In this document: piece after piece, positions 9,763-20,345 of the stretch
Layout: each line of letters opens with the position of its first letter
Position numbering within the stretch: the stretch's first letter is position 1
The notes under the pieces: model-generated
The model's database searches: none
Seen by the model: the letters and a program-made list of their open reading frames with translations, nothing else
Told to the model about the DNA's origin: nothing
NCBI GenBank assembly: GCA_040755455.1
Contig: JBFMAY010000004.1
Span: forward strand, 60,586-124,585
DNA from: Thermodesulfobacteriota bacterium
GTDB lineage: Bacteria; Desulfobacterota; Desulfobulbia; Desulfobulbales; SURF-16
DNA length: 64,000 nucleotides
Direction: 5' to 3'
Position numbers and translations under genes: made by a program

Positions 9763-11148
9763 ATGTGTGCTGAGGAGAAAAATTATGTTCTGCGGGTTGT
9801 TGGCATGAATTCCATTACCGAGCAGGAAATCGATATTCTTGCACGATATATTTTCTCCATTTCAGGTATTCATCTTGACCGGAGCAAAGGATATCTCCTG
9901 GAAACCAGGCTGAAGCCATTGCTCGCATCCCATGGCCTTAAAAATTACAATGATCTGTATCGCCAGGCAATTGATACTAACGATGATTCCTTGAAAAAAG
10001 ACATTATCGACGCCATTACCACCAATGAAACCTTTTTTTTCCGTGACAACACCCCTTTTGATCTGCTGAAAAACAAAATTATTCCTGATCTCATTGACCG
10101 CCGCAGTCCCCTCTACCAGACGAAAATTCCCATCAGAATATGGAGCGCTGCCTGTTCCACCGGTCAGGAAGTCTACAGCATCGCCATCACCTTGCTGGAA
10201 ATGTTGCCCAATCCTGAAAGATTTGACATATCCATACTTGGAACGGATATCTCCAGCCGGGCTGTCAGTCGGGCCAGTTACGGAAAATATGACTTATTTG
10301 AAATCGAACGCGGCCTGCCGCCTGCTTACCGTAATAAATATTTCACGGCAACTGGCAAGGAATGGCGTATTAAAGACGAAGTAAGGCTCTTGGCCCAGTT
10401 TAAGAAAATCAACCTGCTCGGGCAGCTTGCCGGACTGGGGAAATTCGATGTGGTTTTTTGCCGCAATGTGGCCATCTATTTTGATATGCCCAATAAAATA
10501 AAATTATTCCGAAAAATAGCCGAGATTCTGCTCCCTGGCGGGGCTTTGATTGTCGGCGGCTCAGAGTCGCTGACCGGACTGAACACCAATTTTGAAGTGC
10601 AGCACTACTTACGCGGCAATTATTATACAGTAAAGGGCAATCAAGTGGTGGTTGAGGATAGCAAACCGACGCCTCACTTTCCCCTTCCCTCCTTCCCGCC
10701 TTCGCCCCCCCCTAAGGGGCCGTCCTCTTTTCCGGTGATAAAAAATCACATTCCAACGGTGCCGGTAAAAACAGAACAGGCAGCGCAAATAAAGGCAAAC
10801 AAAATACCGGCGCAACCTGCCCCTGACATTTCCCCTGCAACTTCATTTGCGGTAAAGCCACCACCGAGTAAAAAGCAGCCCCATGCCGAGACAGCTGAAA
10901 AATTTATTATGACGCCGACTTCTTCTCCTGCCTCACTAAATGGCACCTTGAGGCAAAAAACTCAATCCGACAATAAACCTTCCCTGCTGGAGGAATTGGC
11001 AGTAAAAAAACATGATGCCGGCCTGCTTGTTGCCGCTGCCGGAAAAGACGCTGGGAAAGAGAAGAAATCGTTATTGGAAAGCATCAGCCAGAAACAAAAA
11101 GAGAAAAAAAGACAGGAAGAAGCCACTGAAGAAGGGGAATCAGCCTGA
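9763..11148 (+). CDS. cheR: Chemotaxis methyltransferase CheR with long low-complexity C-terminal extension (alternative start 9805)
   Basis: TTNETFFFRD, IWSAACSTGQEVYS, GTDIS, FCRNV motifs; roughly 170-aa Pro/Lys-rich tail. Confidence 0.9.
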   Translation: MCAEEKNYVLRVVGMNSITEQEIDILARYIFSISGIHLDRSKGYLLETRLKPLLASHGLKNYNDLYRQAIDTNDDSLKKDIIDAITTNETFFFRDNTPFDLLKNKIIPDLIDRRSPLYQTKIPIRIWSAACSTGQEVYSIAITLLEMLPNPERFDISILGTDISSRAVSRASYGKYDLFEIERGLPPAYRNKYFTATGKEWRIKDEVRLLAQFKKINLLGQLAGLGKFDVVFCRNVAIYFDMPNKIKLFRKIAEILLPGGALIVGGSESLTGLNTNFEVQHYLRGNYYTVKGNQVVVEDSKPTPHFPLPSFPPSPPPKGPSSFPVIKNHIPTVPVKTEQAAQIKANKIPAQPAPDISPATSFAVKPPPSKKQPHAETAEKFIMTPTSSPASLNGTLRQKTQSDNKPSLLEELAVKKHDAGLLVAAAGKDAGKEKKSLLESISQKQKEKKRQEEATEEGESA

Positions 11149-11197
11149 AATGATACCACATGTTTGAGACAATTTGTCCATGGGGAGCCGAAGCGAC

Positions 11198-11231
11198 AAA
11201 AAAAGGGATTACGCAATAAACGTAATCCCTT
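11198..11231 (-). terminator. Intrinsic terminator downstream of tRNA-Val/tRNA-Asp
   Basis: AAGGGATTACG-caataaa-CGTAATCCCTT hairpin next to an A7 run (U-tract on the minus strand). Confidence 0.7.
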
Positions 11232-11239
11232 GACATTTC

Positions 11240-11316
11240 TGGCGGGGCCGACCGGACTCGAACCGGCGACCTCCTGCGTGACAGGCAGGCGTTCTAACCA
11301 ACTGAACTACGACCCC
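11240..11316 (-). tRNA. tRNA-Asp (GUC)
   Basis: Reverse complement GGGGTCGTAGTTCAGTTGGTTAGAACGCCTGCCTGTCACGCAGGAGGTCGCCGGTTCGAGTCCGGTCGGCCCCGCCA: cloverleaf, anticodon GTC, encoded CCA. Confidence 0.97.
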
Positions 11317-11323
11317 GTAAATC

Positions 11324-11399
11324 TGGTGGGCGGTACAGGGATCGAACCTGTGACCCTCGGCTTGTAAGGCCGATGCTCTCCCAGCTGAGCTAACCGCCC
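11324..11399 (-). tRNA. tRNA-Val (UAC)
   Basis: Reverse complement GGGCGGTTAGCTCAGCTGGGAGAGCATCGGCCTTACAAGCCGAGGGTCACAGGTTCGATCCCTGTACCGCCCACCA; anticodon TAC. Confidence 0.97.
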
Positions 11400-11468
11400 G
11401 AGCAAATGATGCGTCTATTTAACAGCAACACCCTTTATAGTCAATAAAAAAACAAAGTTTATCCCAAA

Positions 11469-11507
11469 AAAACGCCGGCAAAAGGTTAGCGGAAAACGCC
11501 GGCAAAA
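11469..11507. repeat. 15-bp direct repeat AAAACGCCGGCAAAA, two copies
   Basis: Copies at 11469-11483 and 11493-11507, between the lon stop and the tRNA-Val upstream region. Confidence 0.7.
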
Positions 11508-11520
11508 TGATCAGAAGAGT

Positions 11521-13935
11521 CTAATGGGGGGACACATTGTTGCCAGTTTCAACCGGAGGCAATTCCGGACAGAAATCGTCAGATCCTTCTGTTTTAAAAA
11601 GCGATTCACCTTCCTTGACCACAATGGCCTTTTCAAGAACCTTGTCCATATGATCAACAAGTTCAATGGTGAGGCTTTTTAGAATTTTTGGCGGAATTTC
11701 CTTGAGATTTCTCTCATTTATCTTGGGAATTAACACATGTTTGATATTGCCGCGTTTGGCGGCGAGCAATTTTTCCGTGAGTCCCCCGATGGGCAGGACA
11801 CTGCCCCGCAGGGTTATTTCACCGGTCATGGCAATATCTTTCCGCACGGGCTTTTTGACCAGGGCCGACACCATGGAAGTTGCCATGGTGATGCCGGCTG
11901 ATGGACCGTCCTTGGGAATTGCCCCTTCCGGCACATGGACATGGATATCAAGTTTCTGATAAAAATCGGCGCTTAAACCGAGACGGTTGGCCCTTGTCCG
12001 CACATAACTCAGGGCAGCCTGGGCCGACTCCTGCATCACGTCACCCAGCTTGCCGGTGATGGTCAACTTGCCGTTGCCCGGCATCAGCGCTGTTTCAATC
12101 TGCAGTAACTCGCCGCCAACCTCCGTCCAGGCAAGACCGGTAGCCAGACCAATCTCATCCTTTTCTTCTGCCTGACCATAACGGTATTTAGCGACACTGA
12201 GGTACTTGGCGATTGACTGGGCCGTGATATGATAATTTTTTTTCTTTTTGGCAATCAGGCGGTCCCGGGCGATTTTCCGGCAGATGCTGGCAATGCTTCT
12301 CTCCAGATTTCTTACCCCGGCTTCTCTGGTATAGCGGCGGACAATCTCCATGATGGAGCCGTCATTAAAGGTGATGTCCTTTTCGCCAAAGCCGTTTTCT
12401 CTAAGCTGTTTCGGGACCAGATAGCCCTTGGCGATCTGCAGTTTATCCTCTTCGGTATACCCATCAAGTTTGATCACCTCCATCCTGTCCTGCAGGGGCG
12501 GAGGTATTGAATGGAGATTATTGGCGGTGGTAATGAAAAAAACATCGGAAAGATCATAATCAAGATCAAGATAATGATCGTTAAAGGTATTATTCTGCTC
12601 CGGGTCAAGAACCTCAAGCAAAGCGGAAGATGGATCGCCACGGAAATCCATGCTCATCTTGTCGATCTCGTCAAGACAAAAAACGGGATTATTCACCTTG
12701 ATTTTCTGCAGGGAATGGATGATCTTGCCGGGCAAGGCGCCAATGTAAGTTCTCCGGTGGCCCCTGATCTCCGCCTCATCCCGGACACCACCCAAGGAAA
12801 TCCGGACAAACTCACGCCCCATGGCCCTGGCCACGGACTTGCTTAACGACGTTTTCCCCACACCAGGCGGACCGACAAGGCAGAGAATCGGCCCTTTGAT
12901 TTTCTTGACCTGCACCTGTACCGCCAGGTATTCCAATATCCGTTCCTTTGGTTTGCCCAGCCCGAAATGATCCTCATTGAGAATTTTTTCCGCATTTTTG
13001 ATATCAATCTTTGCCCGGCTCTTCTCAAGCCATGGCAGACTGAGAATGGTATCGATATAGTTGCGGACCACGGTTGCCTCGGCGGACATGGGGGGCATCA
13101 TCTTCAGCTTTTTAAACTCCTGCCTGGCCTTGTCCTTGGCTGCCTTGGTCATTTTCTTCTTTTCGATCTGCTGCTCAAGGTCCGTCAGTTCGGAACTGAC
13201 ATCATCCTTGCCGCCGGCCATCTCCTTCTGGATGATCCGCATCTGTTCAGCCAGATAATAATCCTTCTGGGTTTTTTCCATCTTCTTCTTCACCTGGGCG
13301 CGGATATTCTCCTCCAAGGAAGCAATCTCACTCTCCTTATGGATGAGGCCCAACACCAGCTCCATCCGTTCCAGGAGAGGAATGGTACTTAAAATTTCCT
13401 GTTTTTCCTCGCTGGTGACCGGCAGATGTCCTGCCAGAAAATCAATGAACTTTACCGGATTTTCAATCTTGGCCAGGGATTTGATCACCTCGTTCGGTAT
13501 CTTCTTGTTGTGTTTGGCATATTGCCGGAAAGAAGCTAAAATCTCCCGGATGTAAGCCACGGTGAGATTATCAGACTGCTTTGTTTCGTGAAATTCTTCA
13601 ACCTCAACGGTAAAATACTCATGGCCGGGGAGAAAGGAAACGATCCTGCCCCGGTGCTTTCCTTCGACAAGAGCCTTGATCGTTCCATCAGGCAACCTTA
13701 ACAGCTGCAACACCGAGGCAACCGTGCCTATCTTATGGACGCCATTTTCGTCAGGGTCATCAACGGAGGCATCCTTCTGCGTGCTCAGAAAAATGCTGGT
13801 ACGATTGGACATGGCCTGTTCAAGGGCCTTAATGGACTTGCTCCGCCCCACAACCAGGGGGGCCACCATAAAGGGGAACAAAACGATATCCCGCAAGGGC
13901 ATCATGGGATAAATATTTGTTTCGGTATCTGACAT
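11521..13935 (-). CDS. lon: ATP-dependent Lon protease
   Basis: [10 protein letters not shown]-domain, Walker A GPPGVGKT, catalytic PKDGPSAG. Confidence 0.97.
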   Translation of the reverse strand: MSDTETNIYPMMPLRDIVLFPFMVAPLVVGRSKSIKALEQAMSNRTSIFLSTQKDASVDDPDENGVHKIGTVASVLQLLRLPDGTIKALVEGKHRGRIVSFLPGHEYFTVEVEEFHETKQSDNLTVAYIREILASFRQYAKHNKKIPNEVIKSLAKIENPVKFIDFLAGHLPVTSEEKQEILSTIPLLERMELVLGLIHKESEIASLEENIRAQVKKKMEKTQKDYYLAEQMRIIQKEMAGGKDDVSSELTDLEQQIEKKKMTKAAKDKARQEFKKLKMMPPMSAEATVVRNYIDTILSLPWLEKSRAKIDIKNAEKILNEDHFGLGKPKERILEYLAVQVQVKKIKGPILCLVGPPGVGKTSLSKSVARAMGREFVRISLGGVRDEAEIRGHRRTYIGALPGKIIHSLQKIKVNNPVFCLDEIDKMSMDFRGDPSSALLEVLDPEQNNTFNDHYLDLDYDLSDVFFITTANNLHSIPPPLQDRMEVIKLDGYTEEDKLQIAKGYLVPKQLRENGFGEKDITFNDGSIMEIVRRYTREAGVRNLERSIASICRKIARDRLIAKKKKNYHITAQSIAKYLSVAKYRYGQAEEKDEIGLATGLAWTEVGGELLQIETALMPGNGKLTITGKLGDVMQESAQAALSYVRTRANRLGLSADFYQKLDIHVHVPEGAIPKDGPSAGITMATSMVSALVKKPVRKDIAMTGEITLRGSVLPIGGLTEKLLAAKRGNIKHVLIPKINERNLKEIPPKILKSLTIELVDHMDKVLEKAIVVKEGESLFKTEGSDDFCPELPPVETGNNVSPH

Positions 13936-14080
13936 ATAGGCAGTTCTGTTTTAGGGTTAAGAGATTTAAAAATACAGGTTAGACGAACGACACATTCTGA
14001 CAAGCCGCTATGGCTTGCAAGCTGATGCAGGCGGGCATACAGGCGTATCTGCTGCCCTTATGCCCCGCCTCTACTCTATC

Positions 14081-15337
14081 TCAAGCGCTTTTTTTGGTTT
14101 CATTCTCATAAAGAACAACGGGATAATCACCGTTAAGGATCACCTGCTCGCTGATAACGCACTCTTTCACATTGGCCTCAGAGGGAAGTTCAAACATGAT
14201 GTCCAGCATGGCTTTTTCCATGACAGAACGCAGGCCCCTCGCCCCGGATTTGCGCTTCATTGCTTCTTTGGCAATGGCATTGAGGGCTCCCTCGGTGAAA
14301 CGCAAACGGATATTTTCAAACTCAAACAGCTTCTCGTACTGTTTGGTCAAGGCATTTTTCGGCTCACGCAGGATTCTGACCAGATCCTCTTCCTCAAGTT
14401 CTTCCATGGTGGCAATAACCGGCAGACGGCCGACCAGTTCCGGAATCAGACCGAACTGCAGCAGATCCTCGGACTGCACAGAGGCCAGAATTTCTCCCAC
14501 CTTTTTGGTGGTTTTGCCGACCACTTTGGCGCCGAACCCGATGGATTTCGTGCCGGTCCTTCTTTTAATGACCTTTTCCAGGCCGACAAAGGCCCCGCCG
14601 CAGATAAAAAGGATATTTGAGGTGTCAATCCTTACGTAATCCTGCTGGGGATGCTTTCTGCCGCCTTTGGGCGGCACACTGGCCACTGTTCCCTCAATGA
14701 TCTTCAGCAGTGCCTGCTGGACGCCTTCACCGGAAACATCCCTGGTGATGGAGGCGCTATCGGATTTCCTGGCAATCTTGTCTATCTCGTCGATATAGAC
14801 AATGCCCCGGCTTGCCCTTTCAATGTCATGGTCCGCGGCCTGGAGAAGATTCACCAGAATGTTTTCCACGTCCTCTCCCACATATCCGGCTTCAGTCAAT
14901 GTGGTTGCATCGGCAATGGCAAAGGGAACATTAAGGATCTTGGCCAGGGTCTGGGCCAGCAGCGTCTTGCCGCTGCCGGTGGGGCCGATGAGGATAATGT
15001 TGCTTTTCTGCAGCTCAACATCACCCTCTTTATTGGTATATTTGGACTCAACACGTTTGTAATGATTGTGCACGGCAACCGACAGAATACGTTTGGCCAG
15101 ATCCTGACCAATGACGTATTGATCAAGATAGGCCTTGATTTCCCGCGGCTTCAATATGGCCCCGTCGCCCTGTTCCTCGAGATCATGGAGACGGTCTTCA
15201 CTGACTATCTCATTGCACAGATCAATGCACTCATCACAGATATAGACATTTGGTCCGGCAATGAGTTTTCTGACCTCGTCCTGGCTTTTCCCGCAAAAGG
15301 AACATATCACATCAATATCATTATGGTCATCTGCCAT
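14081..15337 (-). CDS. clpX: ATP-dependent Clp protease ATP-binding subunit ClpX
   Basis: CSFC...CDEC zinc finger, [19 protein letters not shown] loop. Confidence 0.97.
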   Translation of the reverse strand: MADDHNDIDVICSFCGKSQDEVRKLIAGPNVYICDECIDLCNEIVSEDRLHDLEEQGDGAILKPREIKAYLDQYVIGQDLAKRILSVAVHNHYKRVESKYTNKEGDVELQKSNIILIGPTGSGKTLLAQTLAKILNVPFAIADATTLTEAGYVGEDVENILVNLLQAADHDIERASRGIVYIDEIDKIARKSDSASITRDVSGEGVQQALLKIIEGTVASVPPKGGRKHPQQDYVRIDTSNILFICGGAFVGLEKVIKRRTGTKSIGFGAKVVGKTTKKVGEILASVQSEDLLQFGLIPELVGRLPVIATMEELEEEDLVRILREPKNALTKQYEKLFEFENIRLRFTEGALNAIAKEAMKRKSGARGLRSVMEKAMLDIMFELPSEANVKECVISEQVILNGDYPVVLYENETKKSA

Positions 15338-15339
15338 AA

Positions 15340-15942
15340 TTATACCTCCTCGTCAATGTTTTCCCGCTTGCCCAGAACCTTGTCAATCAGACCGTATTCC
15401 TTGGCTTCGGCTGCGCTCATGAAATAGTCTCTTTCCGTGTCAGCCTGGATTTTCTCAAGGGATTGACGGGTATGATGAGCAAGAAGCCTGTTGAGGTCTT
15501 CCCGCATACGCAGAATCTCACGGGCATGAATATCGATATCCGAGGCCTGGCCCTGGTATCCGCCCATGGGCTGATGGATCAAAATCCTCGAATTCGGCAG
15601 GGCATACCTTTTCCCCGGTGCACCGGCCGCCAGGAGAAAAGCCCCCATACTTGCCGCCTGCCCCATGCAGAGTGTGGCAATATCACTTTTAATATACTGC
15701 ATTGTGTCATAAATTGCCAGTCCCGCCGTAACAACGCCTCCGGGAGAGTTGATATAAAAAGTGATATCCTTGTCAGGGTCTTCCGCTTCAAGAAAGAGCA
15801 ACTGGGCAATAATGACATTGGCTGCATCATCACTTACCGCCCCGCCGAGAAATATAATCCTTTCCTTTAACAGACGGGAGTAAATATCATAAGCCCGCTC
15901 TCCTCGCGGGCTCTGCTCAACAACAACTGGAATCAAATTCAT
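15340..15942 (-). CDS. clpP: ATP-dependent Clp protease proteolytic subunit ClpP
   Basis: [29 protein letters not shown]. Confidence 0.97.
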   Translation of the reverse strand: MNLIPVVVEQSPRGERAYDIYSRLLKERIIFLGGAVSDDAANVIIAQLLFLEAEDPDKDITFYINSPGGVVTAGLAIYDTMQYIKSDIATLCMGQAASMGAFLLAAGAPGKRYALPNSRILIHQPMGGYQGQASDIDIHAREILRMREDLNRLLAHHTRQSLEKIQADTERDYFMSAAEAKEYGLIDKVLGKRENIDEEV

Positions 15943-17273
15943 TCGGTGGCTCCTGCTTTTTCTGGTTCGTTACCGGCAGTTTGAGCCGGTACTTTCTTTA
16001 CAACGGCATTTTCACGCAGGAACTCAAGGATTTTTTCACTGAGGAGTTCATTCATGAAAGGCAGCAGTTCGTTGCGGCTGCGGAAATACTTTTTCACCTC
16101 GTCAACCTGCATGCCATACTGGGCGGCAATCCTCTCAAAACCCTTGCGGATATCTTCGTCATTGAGCTTGACATCTTCGGTTTCGGCAATTTTTTTAAGG
16201 ATAAAATCACCCCGTACTCTTCGCACCGCGGCATCCTTATAATCATTGACCAATTTTTCCTGGCTCATACCGGCTGATTCGAGAGTGAGTCCCTGTTTCT
16301 GCAGATGATCCTCCAACTGCTTGATCTGTTCATTCACCTCATAAGCGACGAGCTTGTTCGGGACTTCAAAATCATGCCCTTCCAGAATCTTCATCATAAT
16401 TTTGTCTGTCAGGTCACCGACCTGCGCATCGTTTCGCTGTTTCTCTATTTTTTTACGAAGATGTTCCTTTAATGCGTCAAGAGTTTTGAATTCCTCTCCC
16501 ACATCCTGGGCGAATTCATCATTGACCTCGGCCAAAACCCGCTCCTTGACTTCCTTCACCTTGATTTGAAATTCCACCTTTTTCCCGGCAAGAACAGGAT
16601 TGGGGAAAGACAGGGGAAAGTCCACAGCCCGGCTCGCCTCCTCACCTTTCCTCAGGCCAAGGCAGGCATTCTCAAAATCCTTACCGTTGCGGCCGGAACC
16701 GACTTCAACGGAATAATTTTCCGCTTTCACCTGCTTGAGAGCTTCGCCATTCTCATCAAAACCCTGGAAATCGACAACCACCAAGTCATTTGTTGTGATA
16801 CCGCGATCATCAACATTGCGCAGCGGTGCCAATTCCTTGCGCAGAAAGTCAATCTCCGCGGCAACCGCCTCCTCGGTCACGACAATTTCGGGCATTTCCA
16901 CTTCAATGGCCTTATACTGTCCAAGCTCGAACTGGGGCTTCACATCGATCTCGGCTTCGTAGACAAAGGTACCGTCATCGGCAAATTTGTGGCTCTTGAT
17001 TTCAGGATGCACAACCGGTTTACAATCAGTCTTTTCCAAGGCGTCAAAATAGGTATCCTGAACCAGTTTTTCTCCCACTTCCATCTTGATCTTTTCACCA
17101 TATCCTTTCTCAAGAACTTTTCTTGGCACTTTGCCCTTTCTGAAGCCCTTGATCGACACCTCCGCCTTCAGTTCCTTATAGGCATCTTCAATTTTTTTCG
17201 AGACAATGTCTTCAGGAACAACAATCCTCAGTGTTTTGGTGAGAGAGCTTACATCTTCAACGCTGACCTGCAT
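15939..17273 (-). CDS. tig: Trigger factor
   Basis: GFRKGKVP ribosome-binding motif; canonical tig-clpP-clpX-lon order. Confidence 0.95.
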   Translation of the reverse strand: MQVSVEDVSSLTKTLRIVVPEDIVSKKIEDAYKELKAEVSIKGFRKGKVPRKVLEKGYGEKIKMEVGEKLVQDTYFDALEKTDCKPVVHPEIKSHKFADDGTFVYEAEIDVKPQFELGQYKAIEVEMPEIVVTEEAVAAEIDFLRKELAPLRNVDDRGITTNDLVVVDFQGFDENGEALKQVKAENYSVEVGSGRNGKDFENACLGLRKGEEASRAVDFPLSFPNPVLAGKKVEFQIKVKEVKERVLAEVNDEFAQDVGEEFKTLDALKEHLRKKIEKQRNDAQVGDLTDKIMMKILEGHDFEVPNKLVAYEVNEQIKQLEDHLQKQGLTLESAGMSQEKLVNDYKDAAVRRVRGDFILKKIAETEDVKLNDEDIRKGFERIAAQYGMQVDEVKKYFRSRNELLPFMNELLSEKILEFLRENAVVKKVPAQTAGNEPEKAGATE

Positions 17274-17393
17274 ATGGTACCTTCCTTTCTAAATATGAAA
17301 ATTGTATCTGATCAGGTATAATTAAAAAACACAAAAGGCAAAGGTGCTGAACAAATTTGCCCTTTGCCTCAACCTTTTACTCAAACTCCGTCC

Positions 17394-17479
17394 TGGTGCG
17401 AGAGGGGGGATTTGAACCCCCACACACGAAATGCGCTAGATCCTAAGTCTAGTGCGTCTACCAATTCCGCCACTCTCGC
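17394..17479 (-). tRNA. tRNA-Leu (UAG)
   Basis: Reverse complement GCGAGAGTGGCGGAATTGGTAGACGCACTAGACTTAGGATCTAGCGCATTTCGTGTGTGGGGGTTCAAATCCCCCCTCTCGCACCA; long variable arm, anticodon TAG. Confidence 0.96.
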
Positions 17480-17487
17480 GTGTTTGA

Positions 17488-17516
17488 AAAATAAACAACT
17501 TTAGCAATACAGTCAA
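17488..17516 (-). promoter_or_regulatory. Putative sigma70 promoter for tRNA-Leu (and possibly the tig operon)
   Basis: Minus strand TTGACT-17 nt-TATTTT, ending 8 nt before the tRNA 5' end. Confidence 0.55.
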
Positions 17517-17582
17517 GACCGGTAAAACTTTTATAATAATACAAGGCGGAACATGCAGGGCGCTATCTTTTTATTTTTCGCT

Positions 17583-17611
17583 TTGCACTTTAAACCTTTT
17601 GAGAGTAAGTT
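17583..17611 (+). promoter_or_regulatory. Putative sigma70 promoter for the MetE-core-like gene
   Basis: TTGCAC-17 nt-TAAGTT upstream of ATG 17684. Confidence 0.4.
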
Positions 17612-17683
17612 GGACATCTTTTTAGTAGGACTCATCAGCACGATCATCATGCAGGCAAATTAGATTTTTTTAAGGATACAACA

Positions 17684-18790
17684 ATGTCCTCCCAAAATAA
17701 TAGCAAAGACGGCTCCTCATTTGCGGCAGACGGACATGCGACGTTAATCGGCAGCATTCCTCTGACCAGCCACGATGAGGCGCTTGAACTCGTCTTTCAG
17801 CACACGCCGCACATCCCGCTCTGGCCCCAGCTGCCAGGCAACCGCCTTGAGGGGATGCTGCAGCAATTCAACGAAGGGCTGCCCAGCATTGCATCAGAGG
17901 GTGAGAGACTTTTCTTCAACACCAGATCCGATCATTTCGAGGCGGAACAGCTCGCTTTTTTTGAGCAATACCTTGAAGTGGCGGAAAATTTCGAAAAACT
18001 TGCCGATTCCCGCTTCAAAGTAAGCCCTTCCCATGCGGAAGGCCTTTACAAACTGCTGGAAAAGGTAAAAAATCGGCATGGCATACTTGCCTTGAAGGGC
18101 CAGATTACCGGCCCCTTCACCCTGCTCACCGGCATAGTCGATCAGGATAACCGCGCCGGCTATTATGATCCGATGATCCGGGAGATGATCACCAAGGGGC
18201 TTGCCATGAAAGCAGCCTGGCAGGTCACTTTCCTGAAAAACGCGGGCAAACCGGTCATTGTGTTCATCGATGAGCCGGCCCTGGCCGGTTTGGGCTCATC
18301 GTCATTTATCAGCATTTCCAAGGAGGACATCTCCACAGACCAGAACGAGATGATCGGGGCGATTCATCAGGCTGGCGGGCTGGCCGGCATTCACGTCTGC
18401 GCCAACACCGACTGGGCCCTTCTTCTTTCACTTGATTTTGACATCTTAAACTTTGACGCCTATGGTTTTTTCGACCGACTGGTGTCGTTTAAAAATGAGG
18501 TATATGCTTTTCTTGCCCGAGGCGGTATTCTTGCCTGGGGCCTTATCCCGACTTCAGAAAAGGAGTATATCCTCGCAGAAAGCACGGAGTCACTTGTCGC
18601 CCGCTGGGAAGAGCAGGCCTCGCAACTCGTCAACAACGACTGGAACATGTCAGCCCTGCTGCGCCGGAGTCTGATTACCCCCAGCTGCGGCACCGGCGCA
18701 TTAACCGTCGATCTGGCGGCACGGGTTCTCGAGCTGACCGGGGAGGTTTCACAAAGATTGCGGGAAAAATATTTGCAGATTGCGCCCTGA
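17684..18790 (+). CDS. Cobalamin-independent methionine synthase catalytic-domain protein (core MetE / MesB-like)
   Basis: IGSIP, GQITGPFT, FIDEP, zinc-site HVC, NFD and TPSCG motifs; single 368-aa domain without the MetE N-terminal half. Confidence 0.7.
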   Translation: MSSQNNSKDGSSFAADGHATLIGSIPLTSHDEALELVFQHTPHIPLWPQLPGNRLEGMLQQFNEGLPSIASEGERLFFNTRSDHFEAEQLAFFEQYLEVAENFEKLADSRFKVSPSHAEGLYKLLEKVKNRHGILALKGQITGPFTLLTGIVDQDNRAGYYDPMIREMITKGLAMKAAWQVTFLKNAGKPVIVFIDEPALAGLGSSSFISISKEDISTDQNEMIGAIHQAGGLAGIHVCANTDWALLLSLDFDILNFDAYGFFDRLVSFKNEVYAFLARGGILAWGLIPTSEKEYILAESTESLVARWEEQASQLVNNDWNMSALLRRSLITPSCGTGALTVDLAARVLELTGEVSQRLREKYLQIAP

Positions 18791-18865
18791 AAGAATATTT
18801 TCATTATAACATATAACATACGAATAAAATGAGCGCACCTGACATGTGCGGTGCGGGGTGGAAAT

Positions 18866-20341
18866 ATGGATGAATTGAACCAGATATTAAGACAAAGACG
18901 GAGCAAGGCCGAAGAACTGGCCGAACTGGGCATAGAACTCTACGCCAACAATTACAAACCGACCCATCAGGTAAAGGACGTTCTGCCGGAAAATCCCGAA
19001 CCGGAAGCACCCCTGATGGTCGGCAGCATGTCGCTGGCCGGCAGGATTGTCGCCATGCGGAAATTCGGCAAAGCCACCTTCCTGCATATTCAGGATGAAA
19101 CCGGCCGCCTGCAGATCTATATCAAACAGGATGTGGTGGGCCAGGAGGCATACAATATTTTCAAAAAGTTGGACATCGGCGATATTGCCGGCTTCAAAGG
19201 CTCGCTCTTCCGCACCAAGACCGGTGAACCGACGCTGCAGGCCATTTCCTTCCAGCCCATCACCAAATCCCTGCGGCCCCTGCCTGAAAAGTTTCACGGC
19301 CTGACCGACGTGGAAATACGGTACCGGCAGCGCTATGTTGATCTCATCGTCAATCCCGAGGTGCGGGACACCTTCCGCAAGCGAGTGGAGATTATCAGAC
19401 TTGTCCGTGATTTCCTGGTCAACCGGGGATTCATGGAAGTGGAAACCCCGATGATGCAGCCAATTGCCGGCGGCGCCACGGCAAAACCCTTCAAAACCCA
19501 TCATAATGCCCTGGACATGGATCTTTATCTGCGCATCGCCCCGGAACTGTATCTGAAACGCCTGCTGGTGGGGGGGTTTGAAAAAGTCTTTGAGATTAAT
19601 CGTAATTTCAGGAACGAAGGGCTGTCGACCAGACACAATCCGGAATTCACCATGCTGGAATTTTATCAGTCCTATGCCACCTACCATGACCTGATGGACC
19701 TGACCGAGGAGATGATTTCCTGGATTGCGGCCGAGGTAACCGGCTCCATGCAGATCACCTATCAGGGGGAGGAAATCGATCTTGCCCCGCCCTGGAAAAG
19801 GTATAGCATGGAGGAAGCGCTGGTGGAAATCGCCGGTATCGACAAAGCCATGGTAAAGGATCCGGAAAAAATCATGCAACTGGCCCGGGACAAGGGGATC
19901 GAACTTGATGCCACGGCAGGGCCGGGCAAGGCGAAAAATGAACTTTTTGAACTGCTGGTGGAAGAAAAGCTCATCAACCCGACCTTTATTACCGAATACC
20001 CGACGGAGATCTCCCCCCTTGCCCGCCGCAACAAGGACAATCCTGATGTTACCGACCGTTTCGAACTTTTTATCACCGGCCGGGAAATGGCCAACGCCTT
20101 CAGTGAATTAAATGACCCCATCGACCAGAGGCAGCGCCTGGAAAAACAGATTGCCGAACGGGGTGATGACGAGGAAATTTTCCCGGAACTTGACAGGGAT
20201 TTTGTCCGGGCCCTGGAATACGGCATGCCGCCGGCCGCCGGGGAGGGAATCGGCATAGACCGCCTGGTCATGCTGCTTACCGATGCTCCCTCCATCCGGG
20301 ATGTCATTCTCTTTCCCCATCTGCGCCCGGAGCAAGGTTAA
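18866..20341 (+). CDS. lysS: Lysine--tRNA ligase (class II)
   Basis: LPEKFHGL, YRQRYVDL, FRNEG, HNPEFT, GIGIDR. Confidence 0.97.
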   Translation: MDELNQILRQRRSKAEELAELGIELYANNYKPTHQVKDVLPENPEPEAPLMVGSMSLAGRIVAMRKFGKATFLHIQDETGRLQIYIKQDVVGQEAYNIFKKLDIGDIAGFKGSLFRTKTGEPTLQAISFQPITKSLRPLPEKFHGLTDVEIRYRQRYVDLIVNPEVRDTFRKRVEIIRLVRDFLVNRGFMEVETPMMQPIAGGATAKPFKTHHNALDMDLYLRIAPELYLKRLLVGGFEKVFEINRNFRNEGLSTRHNPEFTMLEFYQSYATYHDLMDLTEEMISWIAAEVTGSMQITYQGEEIDLAPPWKRYSMEEALVEIAGIDKAMVKDPEKIMQLARDKGIELDATAGPGKAKNELFELLVEEKLINPTFITEYPTEISPLARRNKDNPDVTDRFELFITGREMANAFSELNDPIDQRQRLEKQIAERGDDEEIFPELDRDFVRALEYGMPPAAGEGIGIDRLVMLLTDAPSIRDVILFPHLRPEQG

Positions 20342-20345
20342 CAAC

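Noticed and set aside
1..11316. Chemotaxis cluster as a genomic island integrated at the tRNA-Asp 3' end
   Set aside because: No integrase, no duplicated tRNA 3' fragment in the window, and no obvious compositional break.
11164..11367. 67-aa plus-strand ORF (…AGPTGLEPATSCVTGRRSNQLNY…)
   Set aside because: It is the antisense translation of tRNA-Asp and tRNA-Val, a classic spurious ORF.
14651..15427. Long antisense ORFs (e.g. 14651-15427, 18887-19879, 46955-48040, 53300-54100)
   Set aside because: They are shadows of well-supported genes on the opposite strand and carry no recognisable motifs.
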